This document shows positions 1 to 12,892 of a DNA stretch of 64,000 bases, in pieces. How positions within the stretch are numbered: the first letter of the stretch is position 1; each line of letters begins with the position of its first letter. A program made the translations under genes and the position numbers. Source of the stretch: Camelus dromedarius. Lineage: Eukaryota. Under the pieces are notes generated by a model that saw only the letters and a list, made by a program, of their open reading frames with translations, searched no databases and was not told the DNA's origin. The stretch spans positions 47,432,001-47,496,000 of the forward strand of contig NC_087436.1 of assembly GCF_036321535.1 (NCBI RefSeq), in the 5' to 3' direction.

Positions 1-99
1 AGAGTCTAAACTCCAAGAAGGTATCTTATAAACCAGATTCAGTGTGTACATAGCATACTGGGAGGCACAGATGATTGAGTTTGGAGAGGTTTTATATCA

Positions 100-2100
100 G
101 ATCTTTCTCATCTGTTTCTTTATTTTAAAAAGATATTTTCACTGTCATAGAATTCTGGATTGACAGGGTTTTTTTTCTTTTAGTACTTTAAAGGTGCTCC
201 ATAGTCCTTTTGTTTACATTGTTTCTGAAGAGAAGTCTGATTTAATTCTTTTTTTTTTTTGTCCCTCTCTTGTAGTGTTTTCTTTTTCTCTTTGTGACTT
301 TTTCTTTCCTGCTTGACTTCAACATTTTCCCTTAATCTCTATTTTTTAGCAGTTTTAGTATAGATCTACATCTTTCAGAATATTTAGGTCTGTTTCTTTC
401 AGTTTAGAGTTCTTTGATTTTCTTGGGTTGGTGGTTTGCTTTTTTATTGGTTTTTGAAAACTCTTGTCCGTTATCTCTTCAGATATTTCTTTTGCCCTGT
501 TCTCCCTCCTTCTTCTGGAACTCCAGTTACATATATTCTAGACAATATAATATTGTCCCACAGCCAAAAGATACTTGTCCTTTCACTCTTTTTTGTTTTA
601 ACTTTTCAGCTTTAGTAATTTATCTTCACTTATTTTCAAGTTTACTGATTCCTAAGCTGCATCCAATATATTGATTTGCCCATGAGAGAGAATTTTAAAA
701 CTCTGATAATTAAAAAAATTCTATTACCATTTGGCTGACTTAAAAAATTTTAATATAGCGTCCACTTCTCTGTTGAAATCTTCTGTCTTTTCATGAACAT
801 TTTCCACTTTTGCGTTAGATCTCTTAACATAGTAATTGTAATTTTAAAGCCCTGACTGACACAGACAGTTCTTACCTCTGGGTCTTTTCTGGATCTTGCT
901 GAATTTCTTAACAGTGGTGGTGTTTCTTGCTCTTTTTAGTATAATGTAATTTTTTTTTTTTGAATGCTGCATGTTGTGTCTGGACGAACAATAGAGATTT
1001 TTGAGGTAATTAGTAGTTATGCTTTGGGCATTTATTTTCTTTTTTTCTGTCATACTGTTAGTGTAATGAGTTAATTTAGTCAATAGCTTAGCTGGGTTTG
1101 GGTTTCCTTATTCTGTGGTTACTCTTCATGCACCGCCAGCTTCAAGCTTGTCCAGTGATGGGCTGTTCTACCTTGTGTTTAGTGTGGGATCTGCTGCTGG
1201 AGAGTTTTCCCCAGAGTTTCTACTCAGCCGTCAGCTGTCAGCTTTCCCTGCGTACCTGCCCTGTGGAAGGGATCTCTCTCCAGGCTCTTGCTCCTCTCTT
1301 GGCAGTGAACTGCTGTTGATTATTTGTTGGTGCTAGGCTCATGATGGGGGAGCAGTGGTGGTTCTCAGTTCTGCCAGTCCAGCTTGAAGCTTAGGAGGAC
1401 CTAAGCTCCTGAGTCTTGATATGGTCTTTCTCAATGTCCCTTCCCCTCCCACATATTAGCCAGCCTCTGCTTGGATCCTGGGAGGTCTTGGAGGGTGAGT
1501 GTTTTTGCTCCTCACTTGTGCTAGCAGATCCTTGTTTTTGATCAGTTCAGAATCCTGGGCCAAGAGTGTTTCCTCCACCTTCCTTCGGCAGACCATATTT
1601 GCTTGTACCCTCTCCTCAGAGACAGTGGACTCTGGGAGGGGTTCCTGCCCTCCCCCAACAGCTTAAGGCTTAAGTGATGCAGAAAGTGGGCAGAGCTTTG
1701 AGCCTGTGCACCACCAAGGGAGTGCTCTCTGTAGTCCCTGGACCTGCTTCTGATCTTTCTTCTCCGTATCTGTTGTCGGCCTGCTTGTGAGTGTGTGCAG
1801 AACTCCTGTGTCTGGGTGCCAGTGATACTAACCTGTCACGCTAGTCCACACTCAGCCTGTAAGAGTTTCTTGCAAACTTTAAGGCAGTTTTCTTCTTCCT
1901 GCCTTTATTGTAGCCACCCTTTCCTCCCATGCTTTACTAAAGGGAAGTAGGTCATGTGTCTTGACTTCTCTTAGTGAGACTTGTCACTCTTTGGAAGCAG
2001 TTCATGTTACTTCTTTAGGACCTCAGCTCTGTGATGGGCTCAGGGAAGTTTGGTTTTCTAGATTCGCTGGACTTCCCTCTTGTTAGGTGGTGTTCTATTG
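100..2100 (-). mobile_element. Ancient L1 (L1M-type) 5'/ORF1-region remnant, antisense
   Basis: T-rich stretch with phrases typical of antisense old L1 ORF1 (tatagaattctgg-like, tttctgaagagaagtctg, tcttcagatattt...tctcc). Boundaries are approximate. Confidence 0.55.
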
Positions 2101-2694
2101 TGGAATCCCTGTGTTTCATTTACAGTGAATTGTCTATCCTTACTCTGCTCTGTTGAAGTTGTTTAGTTTTCTCATGAATTTATATGAAATTAATAAATAT
2201 TCTGTCACTTTCATTAAAACTGTGTTTTTAGTATTTTTCCTTTTAATTTTGATTGTAGTTCTGTTTGCATTTTTACTGCATTGAATGTATGTTTAATTAG
2301 AGATTTGTCATATCAATGGTAGAAAGTTATACATAGTTTTATTTTCTGTTAATTTGGATTATCTAATTTTATATCTAATTAGTGACTATACAAAACTCAG
2401 AAAAATACATATTCTCATATAATTTAAGGGTGCTCATGAATCTGAAGCCATTTATGGCTTTATGGATGACTCCATATGGTTCAGACACTTAGAAAAGACT
2501 GTTAAACTTAATGTGTAATAGGTATCCTCTCCTTCCCTTCCTTTTTCCTGCAATTTCTAACCACTTCTTTGGGGCTCAGAATAGCATCCTTTGGGTACGG
2601 CACTTTACCTGCATAGAGGATATTTTTAAATTTTTTATTTTATTTTGTTTTTTTTTTTTTTTGCAATGGTCAGGTGATTTTGTTGTTTTTTAAA

Positions 2695-2940
2695 AACATT
2701 TATTTTGAGAAAATTTCGCAACTCTTCTGTAAGTCTATGGTAGTACAGTGAGTTCTTGTCTTTCTTTCACCCAGCTTCCTCTTAGGTTAATAACTTACAT
2801 GACCATAGACCATTTCTCAAAACTGAGAAACTAACCTTCGTACCAAATCACAATCTTACTTGGATTTCACAAGTTTTTCCACTAATGTCCTTTCCTGTTA
2901 TAGGATCCCACATGGTATTTAGACTTGTTTTTAACCATGA
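2695..2940 (-). mobile_element. Old L1 (L1MC-like) 3' end fragment
   Basis: tttattttgagaaaatttc...tcacccagcttcct...aaactgagaaactaac...ccactaatgtcctttc resembles an antisense L1MC 3' UTR (from memory). Confidence 0.5.
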
Positions 2941-5443
2941 TTGTGTAAAATGAAAATACAGACTCATGTGGTGTCTGCTATGCACAGGACTTTGCTTTTT
3001 TCCCCACCTTGTAATGGTAAAAATTGAGAGTTGACCATCACTGTACAGTTTTAGACTCAAACTGCTCGACTGGTCACCGCATCTCTAGTTCTGTATGCCT
3101 TTTATTCCATTCCGTATTGTTGGCAGAATCATCTTTCTAAAGTGTAGTCTGGTTCTTTGCTTTTTTTTACTCTAAAACATTTATTGATTTTCCCATTGTT
3201 TATAGAATTAAGGTAATTTGTGTTCAAGGTTCTCTGTAGTTTGTTTCCAGGCTGCATTTTTTCTTATTATTGTCCTTATGTTTTTCACCATGGTGTTTGT
3301 TTGTTTTTTTAATGCTGTTACTTACCTAGTAGTCTCTGGCCTTAATTAATGCTTTGCTCCTAATTTGTTTGCTCCTAATTAATGATTATACCTATTATTC
3401 TTCCTTTTATACAGGTATTAGTCTGTGTTACACTTGCTAGACAATCTGATAATTAGACAATTTCATTCAGTGTTTTGAAAAAGAGATAGATAAAGAAACT
3501 AACATTTAGTGAATACTTACAAGGGACATATATGTGGGGCTTTGTGTCCTTTAAAATATTTGTTTTGATTGTTAGAACCGAGGGGCCAGTGGTCTTTCTC
3601 CTACTTTAGCTTCTAACCACCTCTCACTTGAATTACTATGGTAGCTTCCCCACTTGATCTTTGCGCTGAATACTTTATATGTATTGTCTCATTTTATTCA
3701 CACAGTAAACCTACAAAGTATTTCAGAGATATTAGCTCACTTGCTCATGAACATATTGGATTCTATACCTAGGATTCTCCTCACACCCCAGGTACAATAT
3801 AATTCAGTTTATAACCAGAAAGGTATTCTGGTTATATTAGTTTAAAAGAGAGAAATTTTCTTTTGAAAAATTATTTTTATCCTAAAGCTGGGTGGTGACA
3901 AAGAAATACAAACACCTCCTTAATGTGTTTGCTTTTTTGGGTACCACCTTTTTTTGGGGAAAAGATTTCAACTACATACTTTCCTAAGTAAGTGACTTCA
4001 CTTCCCATTGAAAGTACATATTTCTGTGTTGTACTTGTATGATCCTGTTAGTTAATTTAACAGATACTTAGTGCCATACATACTAGGCACTGTTGTCAAA
4101 CACTGTGGATGTGGCGGTGAATTAAACAATACAAATTCCTGCCTCATGGACCTTAATTTTTGATTCTTACTACCATTATTTATACTTATAGACTAGAATG
4201 ACTATATAATTCATTTTTTAAATAACATGATGTGGAATTTAAAAATATAATTGAAGGAAGAAATACAAACACAACTACTTCTGTTCTGGCACTTATTCTC
4301 CTTTGATTGATTTTCTCACTAAGTTGAATCTCAGATGAGCATGGGGAGACCAGTGGCTACTTGATGTTCAGCTCAAAGTTCATGGTTACTTGGTGATACT
4401 TGGAGTTCCTTTGCCTGCTGCACCCTGGGCGCGAGGTGGCTTAGTGTAAAGTGCACTTTTCGTAATAAGCTCCTGCCTAGTGATCCAGTGCAGTTCAGCT
4501 TCATTGTCATCACAAAGGCGTTTGTTAGGTTTTCCAAAGGTGGTTATGTGAGCTCACATTGTAGAGCTAATCTCACAAACACAGAGTGAGGAGCGGTAAC
4601 CACAGCTCCATTGCTTTGTAGTGTGTGTTTTGAGCAGGGATGTGAAGGGTGCAGGTTCCGAGCTGGCCAACATTCTGTGCCAGGGCACCTTAGTAAGTGT
4701 GGGGAGGGAGTGGCTGGGCACAGATGGAAACCTGCCACAAGAAGCCCGTCAGCTAGACTCTGACATGTGCAGTCTTTGGTAGTCACTTCAGTAGCATCTT
4801 TTCAGTTAATCCGTGTTAAAGTTCTGAGAAGTAATTATAATTTTCCTTACTTGACTGGTGAGGAAACAGATTCAGGGAAGTGAAGTTGTTTGTCTCAGGA
4901 TAGTTGAGTCAAGGGTATTTAGACACAGTCTGCTGGATTCAACAGCCCACGTGCTCTCTTTATATGATACTGTCTTTCCTAACACCATCTAGATTCTATT
5001 TCTAGTTTATTTCTCAAAATTGAATCTTTGCTCTGACATGCTTTCACAATCCATGACCATTGTTTCCTAAGTGGAGTTGGGATTAACAAATCGAGAGGAA
5101 TGGACCTTAAAGGTTTAGTATTTTTAGAACACTTCAGAACAGATCAAAGACAACACTGTCTGGACTGGAAAGAATGTTTACTGTAAAGAAATAAACTGCC
5201 CATGTCTGCCCCTGGTTAGTGTGAAATGTTCTTTGTAGTGTGTAATAAAAGTATGTGGAGGCTATCTAATTTACCTTGGAAGGCTGAGACACATTTTGCC
5301 AGATGAGCTATGATTTACTTAAGTTCTAAAACCTAAATCTAAGTGATAAGTGAGTGACTTGGGTTATTATGCCATCTATAATGGAAACTTTGTTTCTAAA
5401 ATAATAAAGGTCAGTGAATTTTTTCTCTTCTTCAGGCTCAGTT

Positions 5444-6190
5444 TGTTAGACTTCTGAGGGTTTTTTCCTTACACCAACCAATTCTTTGATTCTCTGACAC
5501 CGACTGGGTGTTCAGCAATTCAGTTCAGTTCTGACACTAACTATCCAGAAGTTGCTTACGCTCTGCAGGCTAGGGGCTTGGTCTCACAAGACTGCCTCGT
5601 CTTCAGATGCCAACTACAGACAGGGTGACCAGGCTACCTGTGTTTCTGTCTGGCTGACTGCAAGTTCAAGAATTCTCCCACCTCCCACCCCAGCGCAGGT
5701 TCAAGATTTCAGCTCACAGAAAGCACTGTACTTACAATTACCAGTTGTTTTTTTTATAAAGGATACAGCCCAGAAACAGCCAAGTGGAAGAGCTGTATGA
5801 GTGGGGAGGGATAGGGAGAGGCAGGGGCTCCCATGCCCTCTCTGAACACCCCATCCTCATCATATTCATCAACACAGAAGCACTCTGAACCTGTCCTTTG
5901 GGGGGGGTTTATGAAGGTTTTTATTGTGTAGGCAGGACTGATCAAATCTTTGATTCATGGTGATTGAGCTCCATTTCCAGCCCCTTCCCCAGCCTAGAGG
6001 TCTAGGGGTGGAACCAAAAGTTCCAACCCTCTAATTAAGGCTAGGTTTTTCTGGACAAGCCCCTAAGGCTGGAGTCATATCATTGTCAAACCAAAGATAC
6101 TCTTATCACTCAGGAGATTCCAAGGGTTTAAGAGCTCTGGTTCCAGGAACCAGAGACAAAAACCAAATATGTACTTCCCATTGTACCACA
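5444..6190 (-). mobile_element. Solo LTR, MER21-like
   Basis: The minus strand starts TGTGGTACAATGGGAAGTACATATTTGG...TCCTGGAACCAGAGCTCTTAAACCCTTGGAATCTCCTGAGTGATAAGAG, resembling the MER21 5' end. Left boundary is approximate. Confidence 0.7.
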
Positions 6191-6368
6191 GCTTTTTAAT
6201 AGAGCAAAGGGAGAGTATGCTTTGGGACTTTCTAGAGTATGCAGGTGTTTGAGAAGTGCTGCTTCCATGGTAATAAATGGAATTTTTTCTGTCTGACGCT
6301 TGGTATTACTTTGGAGAGACTCTTTTGAAATGAATTATACCAGGTATTGATTCTTTAACATTCTTTAC

Positions 6369-6823
6369 TGTTGACGAAAAAATTGACTGATAGGTCGATC
6401 TAAGAAAGAAATGGAAAATTTTTTGTGAGCCAAATTGAGGGTTATAGTCCAGGAACAGCCTTTCGGAAAGCTCTGAGGACTATTCGCTCTTGTTAAAGGT
6501 CAAAGCACAGTTACATAGTTTTTGAGATGGAAGCCTATACATTAAATCATGTAGAGAGTTTTCACAGTGCAGATCTTTACAAAGTGGTGGGTCGTCATGA
6601 CCCCTTACAAGATTAAGAAGTTATCTTTTAAGGAGTTGTCTTGCTGATGCTAGGAGGATGTTGCTGTTTATGGTTGAGCAGGTGTTTATGAGGAAGGTTT
6701 GGTCGATGCATAAGGCAGATGCACAGTGAGCAGTAGAACAGAGAGGAGGCCAAAGGGCAGAGAAAAATTTTTATGTTTAAATTTTCCTTGACTTGCCCTA
6801 GAATTCTAATTTTTATTTCATCA
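6369..6823 (-). mobile_element. Solo ERV1-class LTR (MER41-related)
   Basis: TG...CA termini flanked by a perfect 4-bp TSD ttac (6365-6368 and 6824-6827). Shares the cagcct...agctctgagg block with the LTR at 7637-8145. Confidence 0.8.
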
Positions 6824-7636
6824 TTACTGAGATACAGAACTGGTTTTCACTGTACAAGAAAAAAATATTTTTAGTGTGCTCTGTCATGGGTGTTTTAGGA
6901 TGATGGGTTTTTTTGATTCTGTCATCTCTGGATTGTCTTTTTTATCTAATTGCCAATGTGGTCATTTATATAAATACTTAATTTCTCAGTATTTTTTCAG
7001 AGTATGTTTATTTTCTTAAGGTGCTTCAGTTGGCACATTTTTGTTTGAGAAAATAGAAGACACTGGAGAGTATTGAGGATTTTTTGTTTTTAATTTAAGT
7101 TTTTTTCCTAACCCTTGAATGGTCACTAGATGGCCTGCTGGTATTACAGTTTAACTTGGCATGTTATGACATAAGGAAATAGGCTTCTTGCTGATGGTTT
7201 TAATCTAACGTGATATTTTAAATACTGTTTTAAAATCTACTAGGAACTCTAGATTTACTAGTGCTATAAATTATTTAAAGGTTTGTCTTTTTATGAAATG
7301 GTGGTTTAGTGCTCTAAATGGATTTTATACTGTACTTAAAACCAGACTTTGCAACTCAGTTTTTAAAGTGATGCCAGAATGTCATTTGGTGTTCATGCTT
7401 TGGATGCATGTCATTTAGATAATAGAAATTGAATAGTTACATAGAAATATGATTGAGCTCTGATGTTCAAATCTGTTGGGCAGATTTGGCTCAAGAAAAA
7501 AGTACAGAAAATACTTGAAGGAAAAAATTTTAATATGAAGTCACTATGTTAACATGTTCACAGTTCTTTAGGAAGGTTAAGAGAAGGCAAGAACTACTAT
7601 TTTCAGGTAATGAATGTTGTTTGTTCTGCCTGCTAG

Positions 7637-8145
7637 TGTCAACTGAAATAAATTGCAGAACTCAAAGGCTGAGAGTTATATTTTATTCGGTGGACATTTC
7701 TGAGGACTTGAACCCCATGAGCCTGTGGTGACAGCCTCTCAGATCGCTCTGAGGGACTACTCCGAAGAGGTAGAGGAGGAGCCAGGATATACAGGAGCTG
7801 TACAACAAAAACCAGGTGTCGGAACATCAAAAGACAACTGTTAATTAAAGAAAACTAGACATCTCAAGTTGAAGAATTTAGCGTTTTTCTGTTTATGGGA
7901 AGGAGCAAATGTCTGGGCTCACTGAAATCATTCCATTGATAAGCACCTCGCTATCTAGGGCCAGTATCCTGTGCTTTCACATTATGAGTTCTCTCAGAGG
8001 GTAGCGTTGAGGGTGGCTGCAGAGGCTGGGCTGTCTGCCTACCTGCATCCTGAGCTCACGTTTGGTGGTGGCAGCAGCAGCTGATGACTTGATGGCTTCA
8101 GCATTCTTTGTTTACTGATATGGCTAGCAGTATTTTTCGTTTACA
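7637..8145 (-). mobile_element. Solo ERV1-class LTR (MER41-like, artiodactyl type)
   Basis: TG...CA termini with a perfect 4-bp TSD ctag (7633-7636 and 8146-8149). Minus-strand AATAAA (tttatt near 7682). The minus strand begins TGTAAACGAAAAATACTGCTAGCCATATCAGTAAACAAAGAATG. Confidence 0.85.
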
Positions 8146-8219
8146 CTAGTTCCCAGGAAAAAACAGTGGACTCTTTGAACAAAGGTATGGATACAACGCA
8201 TGTTAGATCACAGTCAAGC

Positions 8220-8242
8220 AAAAAAAAAAAAAAAAAAAAAAA
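8220..8242 (+). repeat. Poly(A) run, 23 nt
   Basis: Direct count. Confidence 0.9.
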
Positions 8243-8420
8243 GTTTATCTGTGCTACATTTTAAAATTAAATTATTATTTGAATATTTCTAGACCTATGT
8301 CATTAATGGTAGCGTGTGAATTGTTTATTGATCGCCTATTCAGGAGAACTAGGAGCATCCCTGTTTCCCCTTTACTCTTTAAATTCTGGGTGATTTTGAA
8401 GGGCTTAAGATTGGAGGTGA

Positions 8421-8545
8421 GGGGGAGGGTACAGCTCAGTGATAGAGTATGTGCTTAGCATGCAAGAGGTCCTGGGTTCAATCCGCAGTAGCCCCATTAA
8501 AAAATAAATAAACCTAATTACCTCCCCCTCAAAAAAATTAATAAA
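8421..8545 (+). mobile_element. tRNA-derived SINE, Vic-1-like (camelid)
   Basis: GGGGAGGGTACAGCTCAGTGATAGAG (A box) ...GGTTCAATCC (B box), then an AATAAATAAACCTAATTACCTCCCCC tail and an A-rich end. Degenerate TSD aagattggaggtga (8407-8420) versus aatattgtaagtga (8546-8559). Confidence 0.85.
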
Positions 8546-10229
8546 AATATTGTAAGTGAAAGGTTAGGTATGTAAGCACTTGCTCCTGACCTGGCTTGTG
8601 ATGCATTTTTGTTTTAAAGGAAATTTCCTGAAATACAGGGCTTTTTACATACTGGTTACAGAAGAGCACATTGTTTTCTAATAGCTGACTGTGTCTCTGG
8701 GAATCCTAATGAATCCCAAGTAAGATGCGTAGCTCGTATGGCAGGGACTTCACGTTCTGTTGTCCAGATATCTTGTCTCACTTTGAGGTGGTTTTGATCC
8801 TGATAGTTGTTCAGTAGTAGTTTTGGAAGCTAAATATATTTGTCAGTAGAATGTGCTAGGAATTGGCTCTGTCAGCATTTTACAAGTTCTTTCTGTCTTT
8901 ATGATAGAGAGAGTTATCTTCTCTCTAGACAAAAAATCTACAGAGAACTCACTTCCTCTGAGCACATGCTTCATGTTCCTGTTGACTCATTTTAGGTTTG
9001 TGTTAATGTCAAAAATATTCACTTTATGTACCTTTTTAGGAGAGAAAAACAGTAGCGACCTCTTGAACCTTTATTTTGCCACTGGTTAGGCATCAGAAGT
9101 ATTTTATGTCTAAGTTATGAGGCTAAAATTCGTTTTAAAATAATTGATATATATATTCAAAATATGTATATTCAATATATATATATATTCAAAAATAAAT
9201 TTTGAAAAGGGAAGACTTCTGTGAAATGCTTTTAATGAAAAAAATTTATACTTAAATAATTTTAGTAAAATTTTAATTTTAAATATTGTAATTATTAAAA
9301 TTTTAAATAATAAACAATTACTTTCTCAAAATAAGAAAAAAGTCCTCCTTTCTTGAAAAGAAAGTGATTATAGCCTCTATGTTCATGCATATAAAGCAGT
9401 ACATGACTAAAAATGCATTTAGCCTAAAACGATGGCATTATTAGTGCACAAAACATTTAAAAAAATAATTTGATTGGGCTTACAGTATAGATACTACTCT
9501 TTCGTGTTCAAACTAGTTTTCTTGGAGACACTTAGATTTGCTCACAAATTGTACGTTTGGTTTTTAACTTAGAGTGTAGTGAGCAGGAACCTCTAGACAT
9601 GATATATAGAAATATTTGTTGGTTCTCAGTTCTCACTTTGAACAAAGTCTTTTTAAGGGGGAGCAGATTTATACATCCGAGTAACCCGCCAGTGTGGTGG
9701 CATTCTGGAGAAGAGGGGGATTCCAGGGTGGAGACAAGGAGGGAACAGACCCCCCCTCCTTGTGCCTGGAGAGGCTCAGTGTGCACTGCTGCTCTTCATT
9801 AATATTTGGAGCTGACAATAGTGATGCTGGCTTAGGAAACCAGCTAAACATGCCCTGTTGAATCCATCCATCAGAGATCAAAAGACTTAGTCTGTTGGGT
9901 GCACTCCTCTGACCCTCTAAGATTGTTGACAACTATTAGCAGTAAGTGGTGGGAGGGAGGAGAGGAGTCAACACCCACCACAACACAAAAAAGACATCCC
10001 ATCCTTGCAATAATATCTGCTTCAGAGATGGCAAAGGAAGTTTTATGTAGTTATTAACACAGAAAGATCGCATGCTGATGAGAAACCTGGGAATTGTAAA
10101 TGTTTAATAAAATCATGAAAATAAAGTAATTTGCGTGACAGAATGTTTCATGACTTAGTTTTCATGGGAGAAACAGTAAAGATATTTGTGGGTTTTTTTT
10201 TTTTTTTGGAGAATAATAGTATTGGGACC

Positions 10230-10850
10230 TCAGTTGAATCCCAGTTCTGACACTTATCAATTAAGTATATGACCTTGGAAAAAATAACCTAATTTCTCTG
10301 GCTTTAATGCTCTCATCTGTGAAATGGGAATTAATAATAGTACCTGTCGCAGAATTGTACTGAGGATTCTATTAATATATGTAGAGTCCTTAGAATAGTT
10401 TCTGGCATGGAGCAAGCATACTAATTATTATTCATTGAATATTTATTGTGTTAAGTGCACTGGAAGACAGTATAGCAGGGATTTGGGGCAAGTTATTAAC
10501 TCCTCCTGAGCCTCAATTTCCTCATCTGTTAAAGGAGAATAGAAATTGTTTCTTCTACCTTCATAGGTAGGATTGCATGAAGATTAAACGAACTAATTCA
10601 TATGAAGTCCCTAGGACATTGCTGGTGGTGTTAGCATCCTGTAAATGTGAGCCCCCACAGTTCACATACTTTAAGTCATTTGTCACAACATTCCTGAACT
10701 ATATATAGTTGTTGTTGTTGTTGTTGTTGTTGTTATTAAACGGCTGAGAAGGAGACAAGTTGCGAAATGTTAGGTAATCTGCTTGAGGTTGCATGGTTAG
10801 AATTGAACTCAGATCTTAGGTACAAAAATCAGAAATAACTGAGCTATAGA
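10230..10850. mobile_element. Cluster of MIR SINE fragments (two on +, one on -)
   Basis: MIR core phrases ctcatctgtgaaatgggaattaataatagtacc and tgagcctcaatttcctcatctgttaaaggagaatag, plus a reverse-oriented remnant after 10740. Confidence 0.7.
10708..10734 (+). repeat. (GTT)9 microsatellite
   Basis: Direct count. Confidence 0.95.
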
Positions 10851-12431
10851 CCTCTGTTGCTTTCCTATATCTCTTTTTGGGTTTAGGATATTGTGCCTTT
10901 AATATTTTGTGATTAATGTAAATATTTCAAGTGTGTTTTATGAAATTTTATCATACTCTTTCTCACAAAAGCACTAACGAATGCCTGAGTGTATGTGTAA
11001 CTTAATTTTAGCGTTTGTTCCTAGAGTGGAGGGCTTACACATTTTTGCAGCTGCAAAATAATTTATGCCTCAAGGCACCTTTAAGAGCTTCACATGTCCA
11101 AGAAGCTAATTGAACATTTAGGGGGTGTGTTCAGTTCACATAATGCGCTTCATGTTGCTCTTCCAGAAAAGCTGATTCTGAATTTTTATTTTCTAGTTGA
11201 TGGAGTAATAGGCTTTGTATAGGCTGCTGAAACTACCAGTTGCGCTGCAGTATGCCTATTGGTAAAGATATTTGTGGGTTGTCTTTTTTGGAAGGGAATA
11301 TATAAAAATGACAGTGATAACCATATATAGTGTGATTTGTTTTTCTCACTTCCATATTCTCTTTACTGCTATTTTATAATTTAAAATAAATGTATTAAAA
11401 ATAACTCCTAGAGTTAGAAGGCACAAAATGGGCTATCTTAAACTATTTCTTTTGCTAGATTTTAAGAAGAGTCTTCTATTATGTGATTTTTCTCTTTAGG
11501 TGCACAGTGAAATCAGGTATGATGTATGAATTATGTATGTTTATGTATCACCTCTTTGGCCCCCTTGGCAAAATTTAAGACATGCCCTCTTTAGCTTGGG
11601 TTTATGGGAAATAATCTGCCTCATTAATTCACGGTTATGTAGTATTTACATCTGCAAAGAGAAAAGAAAGGCAGCTGGTGGAAGCTGTCTCTCTTCCTTC
11701 ACCATTTTTCTTTCATATCCTCATGTAGTGTTTATCATTAGTAAACACAACAAATAGCCTTTGGCTGTGGGTGCCTGCTGGATGTTTAGTTGGAGAGGGA
11801 GGTCTGGAAGGTTGATGAAATGCCCTGGGCTGTGCAGGGTTTGTGTTTGACACACGTGCTTCCCACTTTCCTGTGAGCCGTGGGACTTTCCTGTGAGCAG
11901 TGGGACAGCTCAAGGGACAAAGGGCCTCTAGAAAGTGCCCTTCACACCTTCCCTCCAGGGACAAGCTAGCTGAACTTGGTGTGGGAGCATGCAGTGTTGA
12001 TTTCTTTTATGTCTTTTAATTTTATTATCTCTTTTTCCTTCATGTTTACTCTTATTTATTCTTGAGCATATCATGAGAGAAATCAAAGGCCTTGAATATA
12101 CTGGTCGGAGGAGCCTTATTATGGTACATGATTTAGCCAGCGCTGTTCCATCTTTGAGGGAACAGAGTGTTGGAAAACTGTAGGAGAATAATTCTTTCTA
12201 GATTCTCAGAACCCAGAGGGGCTGCTTGAGTAGTGGCCCTCAGGCCTTTCATGAGATCATCTAACTTTGAGACACATATCTGACTCTGCTTTTTTCCTCT
12301 ACTGAAGGTATTAATACAAGTCCAAATATAAGTTGAAGTGTCTTCCCAAACTTACTCCTCAGGAAAAATAGTAGGGAATGTCCTGGTTCTTCCATTAGTA
12401 CTTCTTTTTAATTACCTTTTTTGTTTTGTTT

Positions 12432-12454
12432 TGTGTGTGTGTGTGTGTGTGTGT
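12432..12454 (+). repeat. (TG)11 microsatellite
   Basis: Direct count. It sits at the tail of the antisense L1 fragment. Confidence 0.95.
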
Positions 12455-12892
12455 TTTAATGGACTTTATTTTTTAGAGCAGTTTAAAGTTCACAGCAAAA
12501 CTGAGAGGAAAGTATGGAGAATGAACGCTCATATGCCCCCTGCTCCCCTCCCCACCACGCACAGCCTGTCCTACAGTCAACATCCATCAGCAGAGTGGTA
12601 CATTTGTCATAATTGATGAACCTATATTGATATATCATTATCATCTATAATTCATAGTTTACATTAGGATTTTACCTTCTGTGGGTTTTGACAAATGTAT
12701 AATAACATTTATACACCATTGTATCATACAGAGTAGTTTCATTGCCATAGAAAATCCCTGTGTTCTGCCTATTCTTCCTTGCTCTCCCACCACCCCACTC
12801 CTGGGCAACCACTGATGTTTTTACTGTGTTCATTAGTTTTGCCTTTTCAGAATGTCACATAGTTGGGATCATACAGTATGTAGCCTTTTCAG
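12455..12892 (-). mobile_element. L1MC-like 3' end fragment
   Basis: ggactttattttttagagcagtttaaagttcacagcaaaactgag...ccttttcagaatgtcacatagttgggatcatacagtatgtagcc is a characteristic antisense L1MC 3' UTR. Confidence 0.8.

Noticed and set aside
7595..7612. Recursive-splice-like AG|GT sites (tttcag|gtaatg here; similar near 3414, 59095 and 60946)
   Set aside because: Polypyrimidine tracts are short or the donors are weak, and such motifs are expected by chance in this much intron.
8421..8495. Functional tRNA gene
   Set aside because: A and B boxes are present, but the stems are degenerate and it carries a SINE-type tail and TSD, so it is a SINE.
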